Shown here: positions 18,758 to 26,633 of the stretch, piece after piece | How the letters are laid out: every line of letters begins with the position of its first letter | Position numbering within the stretch: position 1 is the first letter of the stretch | Assembly (NCBI GenBank): GCA_040375215.1 | Contig: JBEISW010000001.1 | Span: forward strand, 1-47,911 | Length of the DNA stretch: 47,911 nucleotides | Direction: 5' to 3' | Source: Crocinitomicaceae bacterium | GTDB lineage: Bacteria > Bacteroidota > Bacteroidia > Flavobacteriales_D > Sanyastnellaceae | Translations under genes and position numbers: made by a program | Notes under the pieces: generated by a model | What the model was told of the DNA's origin: nothing | Seen by the model: the letters and a program-made list of their open reading frames with translations, nothing else | The model's database searches: none

Positions 18758-19624
18758 TTATTTCAAAGAGAATCGCATCGGGATCGTCATTCTGAGACGA
18801 ACCGAATTACCATTCATCTTGGCGGGAACAAATTTCTTTTTCAACTTGTTCACTGCAGTAATTGCAGCTTTGTTGAAACCTGGTCCTTCTTCCACACCAC
18901 GTAATACAGTCACATTGGAAACGGAACCGTCAGCTTCAACTACAAAGTTCACATAAACTGTTCCCTCAATTTGGTTGGTCTTCTCCATTTCTGGATAAAC
19001 GATGTTGCTCAACAACTCAGCATACATAGCTTCTTCTCCACCTGGATAAGTTGCCTTTTCCTCAGCAAAGTCAAAAACCTTAGCTGGCGCTGTATTCAAA
19101 TCAACAGGGGTGTAAGTATTCTCAGTAGGAATGATTAGTCCGTCCTCACCTTCAGTTGTCTCAGTCGAGATGTTTTTACGATCCAAATCCGTATCCGCGG
19201 GTGGTGGGTTTTCCACTTCCTCTGTGGTTACATCAATGGTGGTAAATTGAATCTGACGAATCTTGGGTGGGGGTGGGGGTGGCGGGGGTGGGGGTGGCGG
19301 GGGTGGCGGTTCATTGGGATCCGTTGGAGGTGGCGTCATCATCTCTGCTGACATCTCAACCTCAAACGCATCATCGCCTTCACCATCACCTCTTAAAAAC
19401 TTGGGAGACAAGGCTACTGCTGTTGCAAATCCTATGGTAGAAAATACTGCAATTGCCAGGTATTTTCCATAGTTTTTACGAATAGAGTAGGCACCATACA
19501 AATGATTCTTGTGCTCAAACACCAAGTCATTGCGATCACGGCTGAACAAACTGTTCCAGCCAGATTCAAAGCTCAACACTACTATAATAAGAGCGAAGAG
19601 ACCGAGGGCTAGTATTGTATCCAT
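18758..19624 (-). CDS. tonB: TonB-family energy transducer with a poly-Pro linker
   Basis: TM anchor, then EPPPPPPPPPPPPPPPK, then a C-terminal TonB_C-like domain (YPEMEKTNQIEGTVYVNFVVEADGSVSNVTVLRG). Lies downstream of exbBDD. Confidence 0.85.
   Translation of the reverse strand: MDTILALGLFALIIVVLSFESGWNSLFSRDRNDLVFEHKNHLYGAYSIRKNYGKYLAIAVFSTIGFATAVALSPKFLRGDGEGDDAFEVEMSAEMMTPPPTDPNEPPPPPPPPPPPPPPPKIRQIQFTTIDVTTEEVENPPPADTDLDRKNISTETTEGEDGLIIPTENTYTPVDLNTAPAKVFDFAEEKATYPGGEEAMYAELLSNIVYPEMEKTNQIEGTVYVNFVVEADGSVSNVTVLRGVEEGPGFNKAAITAVNKLKKKFVPAKMNGNSVRLRMTIPMRFSLK
19265..19309. repeat. G-rich (plus strand) GGN repeat encoding the TonB poly-Pro linker
   Basis: gggtgggggtgggggtggcgggggtgggggtggcgggggtggcgg. 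It is composed of GGTGGGGGTGG(G/C)GG-like units. Confidence 0.85.
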
Positions 19625-19659
19625 ATTCTCAGTTTTTTAGGTCTGTACCGATTACTTCG

Positions 19660-20328
19660 TTATTCGTTCGAATTTTCTGAAGCTTTTTTCAAACCCAGTT
19701 CATCTACTCTTTTTTCAAGTGAATTTTGCTCTTGTTTATCCATGTCCAAGATGGCACGTTTTCTCACATTGCAAATGTTCAACTCATCCATTGCGTTAAC
19801 AACATTCCTCCATTTACTCTTGTCAATGGTCTTAACAATCACAAATGGCGCTTTGTCATCATTCACAATTTTACCGTATGCATCTTTGTATTGCGCTTCA
19901 TAATCTTCTTTGCTAAGACCCTTAGCATTCAACTCTGTTTGCAATTCAAACACGCGTTCATTGATGGTTCTGTTTTTATCCAAAAGCACCTTTCTGAAAC
20001 CGTCTTTGGAGAAATCTGTTTTTTGAAGAACCGTTGTATCAGGATCAAACTTTCCGTGATAAACAAAAACATGATCTTCTCCTTCGCCGATTAACAAAGT
20101 TGTTGCCAACTCATCGGCCAACTTTGTCTTTTCATCATTGTCCTTAACTTCCTTGGGATAGATGATCTCCAAGGTTTTAGGCTTGCTCAATGAAGTGGCC
20201 AAGATGAAGAAGGTCAATAACAAAAACGCCAAATCCACCATTGGGGTCATGTCCATGTGAACATGACCTTTCTTGGGGCGTTTTTTACCGCCTTTTTCAT
20301 TTCCACCACCTTGTATTATTTCTGCCAT
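19660..20328 (-). CDS. exbD: ExbD/TolR-family biopolymer transport protein (long form)
   Basis: DMTPMVDLAFLLLTFFIL motif. I chose the ATG at 20328 (MAEIIQGG...) over the track's upstream start. Confidence 0.8.
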   Translation of the reverse strand: MAEIIQGGGNEKGGKKRPKKGHVHMDMTPMVDLAFLLLTFFILATSLSKPKTLEIIYPKEVKDNDEKTKLADELATTLLIGEGEDHVFVYHGKFDPDTTVLQKTDFSKDGFRKVLLDKNRTINERVFELQTELNAKGLSKEDYEAQYKDAYGKIVNDDKAPFVIVKTIDKSKWRNVVNAMDELNICNVRKRAILDMDKQEQNSLEKRVDELGLKKASENSNE

Positions 20329-20338
20329 AATACTATTG

Positions 20339-21022
20339 TTACTCGCTTTCAGCCGCAATATCAACTCCGGCCTCGAGCGTGGTTACCATGTTAAATTGAA
20401 AAATATTTTTCTCTCTGAAAATGTCAATGACCTTCTCAATCTTCTCATAATCGGTGCCTCCGTCTGCTTTGATGGCATAACGCAAACCCTCATCACCACG
20501 CAAATCTTCTACACTCATGCCTTTGTTCTGGGCATCAATCATAAAGGCCTCATATCCTTCTTGAATCCAATCAGACAATTCATTTTTCAATGAATCCGTT
20601 GGAATTCCTTTTGTCAATTGATCCATTTTGGCTCGAGTAGACTCGTCTGCATTGAGGTAATTAGAGAGATTAGCCAAGTCCATTCCAAACATGCCCATGA
20701 CAGAAAAACGCTTAGTCTGATCTTCAGAAACTTTGAGTTCAGGATGTCTTTCGATCATCCCTTTCAACATTTCCTTGCGAACTTCCTTTCCGTGGATATC
20801 AAAGAACACACGACCATCTTGGTCAATGGTTACCAACATGATTTTCTCTGGAAGCAAAAGTTCTGAAGTAGAAGACGGCGTGTCTACCAATACGGGCTCG
20901 TTGGGCCTAAACTTAGCGGTAAGAATAAAGAAGGTCACCAACAAGAAGCCCAAATCCACCATGGGAGTCATGTCCAGGCTGGGGGCGCTTTTTGGCATTT
21001 TTGGTTTTGGCATAAACTGCAA
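20339..21022 (-). CDS. exbD: ExbD/TolR-family biopolymer transport protein (long form)
   Basis: DMTPMVDLGFLLVTFFIL motif. The start could equally be the ATG at 21013. Confidence 0.8.
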   Translation of the reverse strand: MQFMPKPKMPKSAPSLDMTPMVDLGFLLVTFFILTAKFRPNEPVLVDTPSSTSELLLPEKIMLVTIDQDGRVFFDIHGKEVRKEMLKGMIERHPELKVSEDQTKRFSVMGMFGMDLANLSNYLNADESTRAKMDQLTKGIPTDSLKNELSDWIQEGYEAFMIDAQNKGMSVEDLRGDEGLRYAIKADGGTDYEKIEKVIDIFREKNIFQFNMVTTLEAGVDIAAESE

Positions 21023-21050
21023 CCTTATTATTAAACCTTACTTTATTGAA

Positions 21051-21869
21051 TTATTTCTTAGCTGCTACTGCTTGAGATACGCTGAAACCAGCCTCATCGA
21101 TAGCGTGTGTCAATGAATCGATACGTGTGCTGAAGAAGTTGAAAAGAACTATCGCCAATGCAGAACCCAAGATACCCAAGAAGGTATTGATCAAGGCCTC
21201 AGAGATACCCAATGACAATGCTGTAGCGTCTGGAGCTCCTGCAGTTGCCATTGCTTCAAAAGAAGAAATCATACCGCGTACAGTTCCCAACAATCCAACC
21301 AATACCCCCAAAGAAGCACAAGTAGAAAGTATAACCAAATTCTTAGACAACATGGGCAACTCCAATGAAGAAGCCTCATCCAATTCAGTTTTTACTGCAG
21401 TCACTTTTGACTCACGATCCATAGACGCATCAGCCTCTACAGACTTGTATTTCATCAAACCTGCTTTTACTACAGCAGCAACTGAACCTTTTTGCTTATC
21501 GCAAGCAGCCATTGCTTGGTCTACTTGACCTGAAGCAACCAACGTACGAACAGAACGAACAAACTTACTAACGCTACCTTTACCTTTAGCTTGTGTCAAG
21601 CTAATCATGCGCTCTACAAAGAAAATCACAACAACCAAGTTAACAGTAATCAAAATAGGAACGATGAAACCTCCCTTGTGAATGGTTCCCAATACGTTCA
21701 ATGGATGTCCTTTTTCAGGATCCCCTCCCTCAAAGTTTGCAGCATCTCCCAATACATTTACATAGAGAATCGCTGAAACAATCAATGCCACTGGAATGGC
21801 GATGTAAGGAAAAATGGCAGAGAAATCAAAAGAACTTTCTGCGCTTTGTGTTTTTTTCGCTTGACTCAT
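21051..21869 (-). CDS. exbB: MotA/TolQ/ExbB proton-channel protein
   Basis: Three TM segments. The C-terminal region LGLLGTVRGMISSFEAMA...ISEALINTFLGI is the ExbB/TolQ signature region. Confidence 0.85.
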   Translation of the reverse strand: MSQAKKTQSAESSFDFSAIFPYIAIPVALIVSAILYVNVLGDAANFEGGDPEKGHPLNVLGTIHKGGFIVPILITVNLVVVIFFVERMISLTQAKGKGSVSKFVRSVRTLVASGQVDQAMAACDKQKGSVAAVVKAGLMKYKSVEADASMDRESKVTAVKTELDEASSLELPMLSKNLVILSTCASLGVLVGLLGTVRGMISSFEAMATAGAPDATALSLGISEALINTFLGILGSALAIVLFNFFSTRIDSLTHAIDEAGFSVSQAVAAKK

Positions 21870-21901
21870 AGCTGTTTTTTAATATAAATTTTTTAGTGCG
21901 C

Positions 21902-21909
21902 CAAACATA
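21902..21909 (-). promoter_or_regulatory. -7 box TATGTTTG upstream of exbB
   Basis: The reverse complement of caaacata is TATGTTTG, 32 nt before the exbB ATG at 21869. Confidence 0.45.
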
Positions 21910-21961
21910 CGCAAGGAAGACCTAAATCGGAAACAAAATGGTGTTTTCTTTTTGTGAAATT

Positions 21962-22837
21962 TTAGGTGTGCATCTCGTCGTATCTCAGCTTGACAAACTT
22001 ACGAACGCTGAAATAAGTGGACAACGTAGAAACACTTAGACCCACAAAGGCGGTGCCGAGCACTACCCAAAAGATTCGACCCTTTTCCATTAATACGGAA
22101 ATAATCACGGGCCAATCTTGCATAATAAAGAACAATCCTGTAAAGATAACAAGCAGCGCAATGAGCGTTGCTCTGAAGCCTTGCCACATGCTTTTCAAAA
22201 CAAAAGGCTTGATGATAAACCACTTTGTAGCTCCCACCAATTGCATACTTCTGATAATAAATCTTTGAGAGAAAATGGTTAGCTCAACGGTATTCACGAT
22301 GAGCACAATAGATATCATCATCAACAACCCGGCAATGATCATCAGTATCAAACTCCAATGGGCAATGTTCTCGTTGATTTTTTGAATCAGACTTTCTTGA
22401 ATAATGACATCTTTCACCAAAGGATTGCGCTTCCAATTTTCTGCAGTGTTGCGCAATGTCTCTACGTCTGCAGCGTCTGGATTCATCCGAACGTCCAAAG
22501 AGGCCGGAAGTGGATTGTATCCCAATACACCAGCAACAAAATCATTGCCCAATTCTTTTTTCATAATCTCAGCCGCATCCGCACTGGAAATGTATTGTGT
22601 AGATTCACAATAAGCTTCGCCCTCAATTTGCTTTTTAAAAAGCATCAAGTCTGATTCTTGAGCGTCAGGGATAAACATCACCTGGGCCACCAATTGATCA
22701 TGAAAATGATCTGTTAATGCTGAGCCCAATATCCAAAACACCAGCAATAAAGCCACCAAAACCAAAACCATTGTTGTTCCAATGAACGTGGAAATGGATG
22801 CTGACTTACTAGCTGATGTTTTGAGAATACTGCGCAT
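21962..22837 (-). CDS. ftsX: Cell-division permease-like protein FtsX
   Basis: N-terminal TM helix, a periplasmic domain, and three C-terminal TM helices with MQLVGATKWFIIKPF, which is typical of FtsX. No ftsE is adjacent, as I recall being common in Bacteroidota. Confidence 0.75.
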   Translation of the reverse strand: MRSILKTSASKSASISTFIGTTMVLVLVALLLVFWILGSALTDHFHDQLVAQVMFIPDAQESDLMLFKKQIEGEAYCESTQYISSADAAEIMKKELGNDFVAGVLGYNPLPASLDVRMNPDAADVETLRNTAENWKRNPLVKDVIIQESLIQKINENIAHWSLILMIIAGLLMMISIVLIVNTVELTIFSQRFIIRSMQLVGATKWFIIKPFVLKSMWQGFRATLIALLVIFTGLFFIMQDWPVIISVLMEKGRIFWVVLGTAFVGLSVSTLSTYFSVRKFVKLRYDEMHT

Positions 22838-22855
22838 AATTATTTCATGAATCGA

Positions 22856-23305
22856 TTAACCAATCTTTTCAATCTTTCCTTTGAAGTACAAATCTTCATC
22901 TGCCAAAGGGTGGTTAAAATCAATGATCAAACTGTTCAGCTGAACTTCTACAACCACTCCATAAACCTCTTCTCCCTCATCCGTTGTCATAGGCACAACT
23001 TCACCCACCTCAAACAATTCATCATCCATTTCTCCATCATCTCCAATAAAATCACTCTTTGGAAACTCCATGTAAAACTCTTCTTTCTCTGTTCCATAAG
23101 CTTGGTCACATGGGATATGCAACTCAAACTCCTCACCCTCAGCTTTACCCATGATGGCCGCTTCAAATGCAGGTAGCATTTCACCGGAACCAATCATAAA
23201 TGCCATGGGCTCTTCTTCATTTGTCTCTTCGAACAACTCTCCATCAAAGCCATCCAAATACAAGCGATACGACACGCTTACTTCTTTTCCGTTTTCTACC
23301 TTCAT
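22856..23305 (-). CDS. slyD: FKBP-type peptidyl-prolyl cis-trans isomerase, SlyD-like
   Basis: VSVSYRLYLDG...FMIGSGEMLPAFEAAIMGK...IPCDQAYG, with an insert-in-flap region and HPLA. Confidence 0.75.
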   Translation of the reverse strand: MKVENGKEVSVSYRLYLDGFDGELFEETNEEEPMAFMIGSGEMLPAFEAAIMGKAEGEEFELHIPCDQAYGTEKEEFYMEFPKSDFIGDDGEMDDELFEVGEVVPMTTDEGEEVYGVVVEVQLNSLIIDFNHPLADEDLYFKGKIEKIG

Positions 23306-23308
23306 TTT

Positions 23309-24889
23309 TTATTTTTTAATCGTTATTTTTTGTCCTACTTGCAAGCGATCTGTCAACTTTGGATTCCATTTTTTCATCTCCGCAATGGTCACTCCATATT
23401 TGCGCGCTATCAAATTCAATGTATCTCCCTTGCGCACGGTATACACCTGTGACTTAGGTGCTGGGGCAGGTTTGGGTGTTGGCGCTACTTCTGTTGAATC
23501 AGCAGCAGACTCCCCTCCCATGGCCTTTTGAGCTGTAGCAACAGGATCACTTTCCGTAATGCTAATGGTCTTTTTTACCCTTGTCTTAATTTTCAATACT
23601 TGACCAACCTTTAAACTGTTGGATTTTAAACCATTCCACTGCTTGATTTGACTGGTAGTGACGTTGTATTTTTTAGCAACTGCGGCCAATGTTTGCCCTT
23701 TGGTCACCTTGTGCTTTTTCCAAGAATCTTCCCAAACCACTTTCTCCGTCACCTTCTTGGCACCTCCAATGGCATCGCTATTATTGGCCACTACTGTTTC
23801 CTTTGGCTTTTCTGCAATGGCGCTTTGCGCATAAATCAAGGACTCATTGGCAATAAACAATCCAACTTTACTCACTGGTAAAGTGATGTAATGCTTTTGT
23901 CCATTGTCCGGAATCTCTTTTAATTTGTATGTGCCGTTGAGATAAGTAACATCCTGCACATTCATTCCCAAAACCTTGGACATGGCGTCGAAATCCAATC
24001 TGCTCTTGACATGTACCGTATCCACCTCATAACAAGTTATCAATGGTTTCTTGGGATACAAATTGTACTCTGAAGTGTGGTTCATGATATAATTCACAGC
24101 GATAAACGCTGGAACATAACCTTGCGTCTCTTTGGGCAAAAAGGGCTTTATGCTCCAAAAATCTTTCTTTCCTCCAGATCTTCTAATCGCCTTGTTGACA
24201 TTTCCAGGACCACTGTTGTAGGCTGCTAATGCCAATTGCCAATCGTCAAATGTATCATACAAGAACTTCAAATATTTACAGGCCGCTTCTGTTGATTTAT
24301 ATGGATCAAAACGATCATCTTGATAGCTGGTAATTTCCAATCCATAAAGCTTGGCCGTTCCGGGCATGAATTGCCAAAGTCCGCCTGCGCCAACACGTGA
24401 AATGGCTGTTGGATTCAAGGCTGATTCTACTATGGCCAAGTATTTCAATTCAATGGGAATATTAAACTTGGTCAATTTTTCCTCAATCATTGGGAAATAC
24501 AATTGCGCCATACCCATCACCTTGCTTGTGACGTCTTTTCTGCGCACTGCATACAAATCAATAAATCCTTGAACGGTTGAGTTGTAAACCAAATCAAACG
24601 GAGTATCTGCGTCCAAGTTCTTCATGCGCTCCTCAATAATCTCAGCCGTAAAGCTGGGCAATTGATTCTTCTCATATCCAAATGGATTGAGCAGCAATGA
24701 GTCTGAAGAGTAGCAGTAATGATTCAAATAATTGGAAACCAACACTTGATCAATGGCTTGTACCTCGGGGTTATCTTTTTGAACAGAAAAAGAGGCATTG
24801 CTCCCTGGTTGGGCTTGAGCAGCAAGGGCGGTAGCAAAAAGGAAAAATAGAAAAATCTGTCTCACAAATGTTTTTTTTACGGTAAGCAT
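23309..24889 (-). CDS. mltD: Lytic murein transglycosylase (SLT domain) with C-terminal LysM repeats, MltD-like
   Basis: Signal peptide. SLT motifs VESALNP..S.VGAGGLWQFMPGTAK and AAYNSGPGNV. LysM repeats are HKVTKGQTLAAVAKKYNVT...WNGL and YTVRKGDTLNLIARKYGVT...WNP. Confidence 0.85.
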   Translation of the reverse strand: MLTVKKTFVRQIFLFFLFATALAAQAQPGSNASFSVQKDNPEVQAIDQVLVSNYLNHYCYSSDSLLLNPFGYEKNQLPSFTAEIIEERMKNLDADTPFDLVYNSTVQGFIDLYAVRRKDVTSKVMGMAQLYFPMIEEKLTKFNIPIELKYLAIVESALNPTAISRVGAGGLWQFMPGTAKLYGLEITSYQDDRFDPYKSTEAACKYLKFLYDTFDDWQLALAAYNSGPGNVNKAIRRSGGKKDFWSIKPFLPKETQGYVPAFIAVNYIMNHTSEYNLYPKKPLITCYEVDTVHVKSRLDFDAMSKVLGMNVQDVTYLNGTYKLKEIPDNGQKHYITLPVSKVGLFIANESLIYAQSAIAEKPKETVVANNSDAIGGAKKVTEKVVWEDSWKKHKVTKGQTLAAVAKKYNVTTSQIKQWNGLKSNSLKVGQVLKIKTRVKKTISITESDPVATAQKAMGGESAADSTEVAPTPKPAPAPKSQVYTVRKGDTLNLIARKYGVTIAEMKKWNPKLTDRLQVGQKITIKK

Positions 24890-24953
24890 TCAATCCTAAA
24901 CAAGGCACAATTTCCGAACACTTTTCAAGGTGTTCTGAAAAGATTGAATGCTT
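24884..24953 (-). promoter_or_regulatory. Long-range 12-bp stem plus inner 6-bp hairpin that enclose the start codon of the MltD-like gene
   Basis: aagcattcaatc (24884-24895) is the perfect reverse complement of gattgaatgctt (24942-24953). The inner hairpin is gaacac-ttttcaag-gtgttc (24916-24935). The ATG (24887-24889) lies inside the stem. Confidence 0.4.
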
Positions 24954-24968
24954 TTGTCAACAGATTTA

Positions 24969-26396
24969 TTAAGATTCTTTGAGGCAAGCATTCAATTGTT
25001 GTGCTGCGCATAACAAATGGTTCTCCTCAAAAGCCCGAGACAAAATTTGAACGCCAAAGGGCATTCCATTTTGTTTTTTTCCCAAAGGAATAGAGATTGC
25101 GGGGTGTCCTGATAAATTGGCTTGTACTGTAAAAATATCTTCTAAGTACATCGCGATGGGGTCTGCTGATTTCTTGCCCATTTCAAATGCAGCATCCGCC
25201 GTGGTGGGCGTAATGATGACATCATACTGAGCAAGAATCTCATTGGTTTTGTTCTGAATTACTCTTCTCACCTTTTGCGCTCTGCTATAGTAAGCGTCAT
25301 AATAACCCGAACTCAAAACAAATGTCCCCAACATTATTCTTCTTTTCACCTCTTCTCCAAATCCCTCTGTTCTGCTTTTTTTATACGTGTTGTCAATTCC
25401 CTTGGCTTCTTTGGAACGGTATCCGTAATGAATCCCATCAAAGCGGGATAAATTGGAAGAAGCCTCTGCGGTAGTCAACACGTAATAAGTTGGCACCAGT
25501 TGATCTACAATTGGGAAATTAACTTCCTCAACGTGATGCCCTTCTTTCTTTAACTTTTCAGTAAGATTTAAAAATGCTGCTTTAACCTCTTCATTCAACC
25601 CTTCTCTGTGCACGCAATCTTTTAAAACGGCTATACGCAAGGGCTTTGCATCCTGATTCTCCAAAGAATATCCCTGGTGAAAAAGGGTGCCGTCATATTG
25701 ATCTGGCCCGGCCATAATGGACAAATACAAAAAAGCATCCTCAATACTACGGGTAATGGGGCCTATTTGGTCAAAACTACTCGCATATGCAATCAAGCCG
25801 TGGCGAGAAATACGACCATAAGTTGGCTTTAATCCAACAGTTCCTGTGTAAGAAGCAGGCTGTCTTATGCTTCCACCTGTATCGCTTCCCAAAGCCATCA
25901 AACACAAATCTGCTGCAACTGCCGCCGCAGATCCACCCGACGAACCGCCAGGAACACACTTTTCATTGATGGGATTCAATACCGGTCCGTATACCGACTT
26001 TTCATTGGAAGAGCCCATTGCAAACTCATCACAACTCAATCTTCCAATAATAATGGCATCTTCAGCCAACAAACGCTCCACAGCTGTTGCCGTGTATAAA
26101 GACTCAAAACCTGCTAAAATTTTTGATGACGCGGTGACAACATGACCTTTATAACATAGGTTGTCTTTTAAACCAATAACAACTCCTGCTAATTTTCCTG
26201 CTTTTCCCGATTGAATCTTCTGTTGAACAATTTCCGCTTGGGCTTTGACTTCATCTGCATACACCTCAATAAAGGCATTCAAATGACTTGAGCGTTCAAT
26301 ATTGTCCAAATAATAAGATACCAACTCGGGTAGTGTAATAGCACCATAGCCCAAGTCTTTTTGTACTTCGGAAAGCGAGGAGTAACGGGGAGTCAT
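24969..26396 (-). CDS. gatA: Glutamyl-tRNA(Gln)/aspartyl-tRNA(Asn) amidotransferase subunit A
   Basis: Amidase signature GGSSGGSAAAVAA...GSDTGGSIRQPA. 475 aa. Confidence 0.93.
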   Translation of the reverse strand: MTPRYSSLSEVQKDLGYGAITLPELVSYYLDNIERSSHLNAFIEVYADEVKAQAEIVQQKIQSGKAGKLAGVVIGLKDNLCYKGHVVTASSKILAGFESLYTATAVERLLAEDAIIIGRLSCDEFAMGSSNEKSVYGPVLNPINEKCVPGGSSGGSAAAVAADLCLMALGSDTGGSIRQPASYTGTVGLKPTYGRISRHGLIAYASSFDQIGPITRSIEDAFLYLSIMAGPDQYDGTLFHQGYSLENQDAKPLRIAVLKDCVHREGLNEEVKAAFLNLTEKLKKEGHHVEEVNFPIVDQLVPTYYVLTTAEASSNLSRFDGIHYGYRSKEAKGIDNTYKKSRTEGFGEEVKRRIMLGTFVLSSGYYDAYYSRAQKVRRVIQNKTNEILAQYDVIITPTTADAAFEMGKKSADPIAMYLEDIFTVQANLSGHPAISIPLGKKQNGMPFGVQILSRAFEENHLLCAAQQLNACLKES

Positions 26397-26569
26397 TACA
26401 ATTTCTCTGGCTTGTTGTCGGTCTCTGAAGCTTCGCCTTTGCTGGCGTCTTTAAATTCCTTGACACCTTTACCCAAACCACGCATCAATTCTGGAATTTT
26501 CTTTCCTCCAAAAAACAACAACAATACTGCAATGATGAGAATAATCTCTGTAGGTCCTAATTTACCCAT
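26396..26569 (-). CDS. tatA: Twin-arginine translocase subunit TatA/E (57 aa; missing from the supplied ORF track)
   Basis: My translation is [57 protein letters not shown]. This matches the TatA pattern of a TM helix, FG hinge and amphipathic helix. Its TAA overlaps the gatA ATG by 1 nt. Confidence 0.85.
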   Translation of the reverse strand: MGKLGPTEIILIIAVLLLFFGGKKIPELMRGLGKGVKEFKDASKGEASETDNKPEKL

Positions 26570-26597
26570 GACTTAATGTTTACGCGTTAACTGTTTG

Positions 26598-26605
26598 CAA
26601 AGATA
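26598..26605 (-). promoter_or_regulatory. -7 box TATCTTTG upstream of tatA-gatA
   Basis: The reverse complement of caaagata is TATCTTTG, 28 nt before the tatA ATG at 26569. Confidence 0.45.
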
Positions 26606-26633
26606 GGGTAATCCCTTCTTGTTTATTTCCCTC

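Noticed and set aside
19263-19472. 69-aa plus-strand ORF with a poly-Gly run
   Set aside because: It is antisense to the TonB poly-Pro codons (CCN against GGN). The tonB reading is supported by the TM anchor and the TonB_C domain.
19660-21869. MotA/ExbB-like plus ExbD genes considered as a possible Zorya-type (ZorAB) defence module
   Set aside because: They are directly followed by tonB and the Ton-cluster arrangement described in the findings. No ZorC/D-like or nuclease/helicase genes are present, and the ExbB/ExbD motifs are canonical.
26296-26576. Track ORFs 26296-26481 (minus) and 26361-26576 (plus) in the gatA upstream region
   Set aside because: Both are displaced by the 57-aa tatA reading frame (26396-26569), which has a clear family signature.
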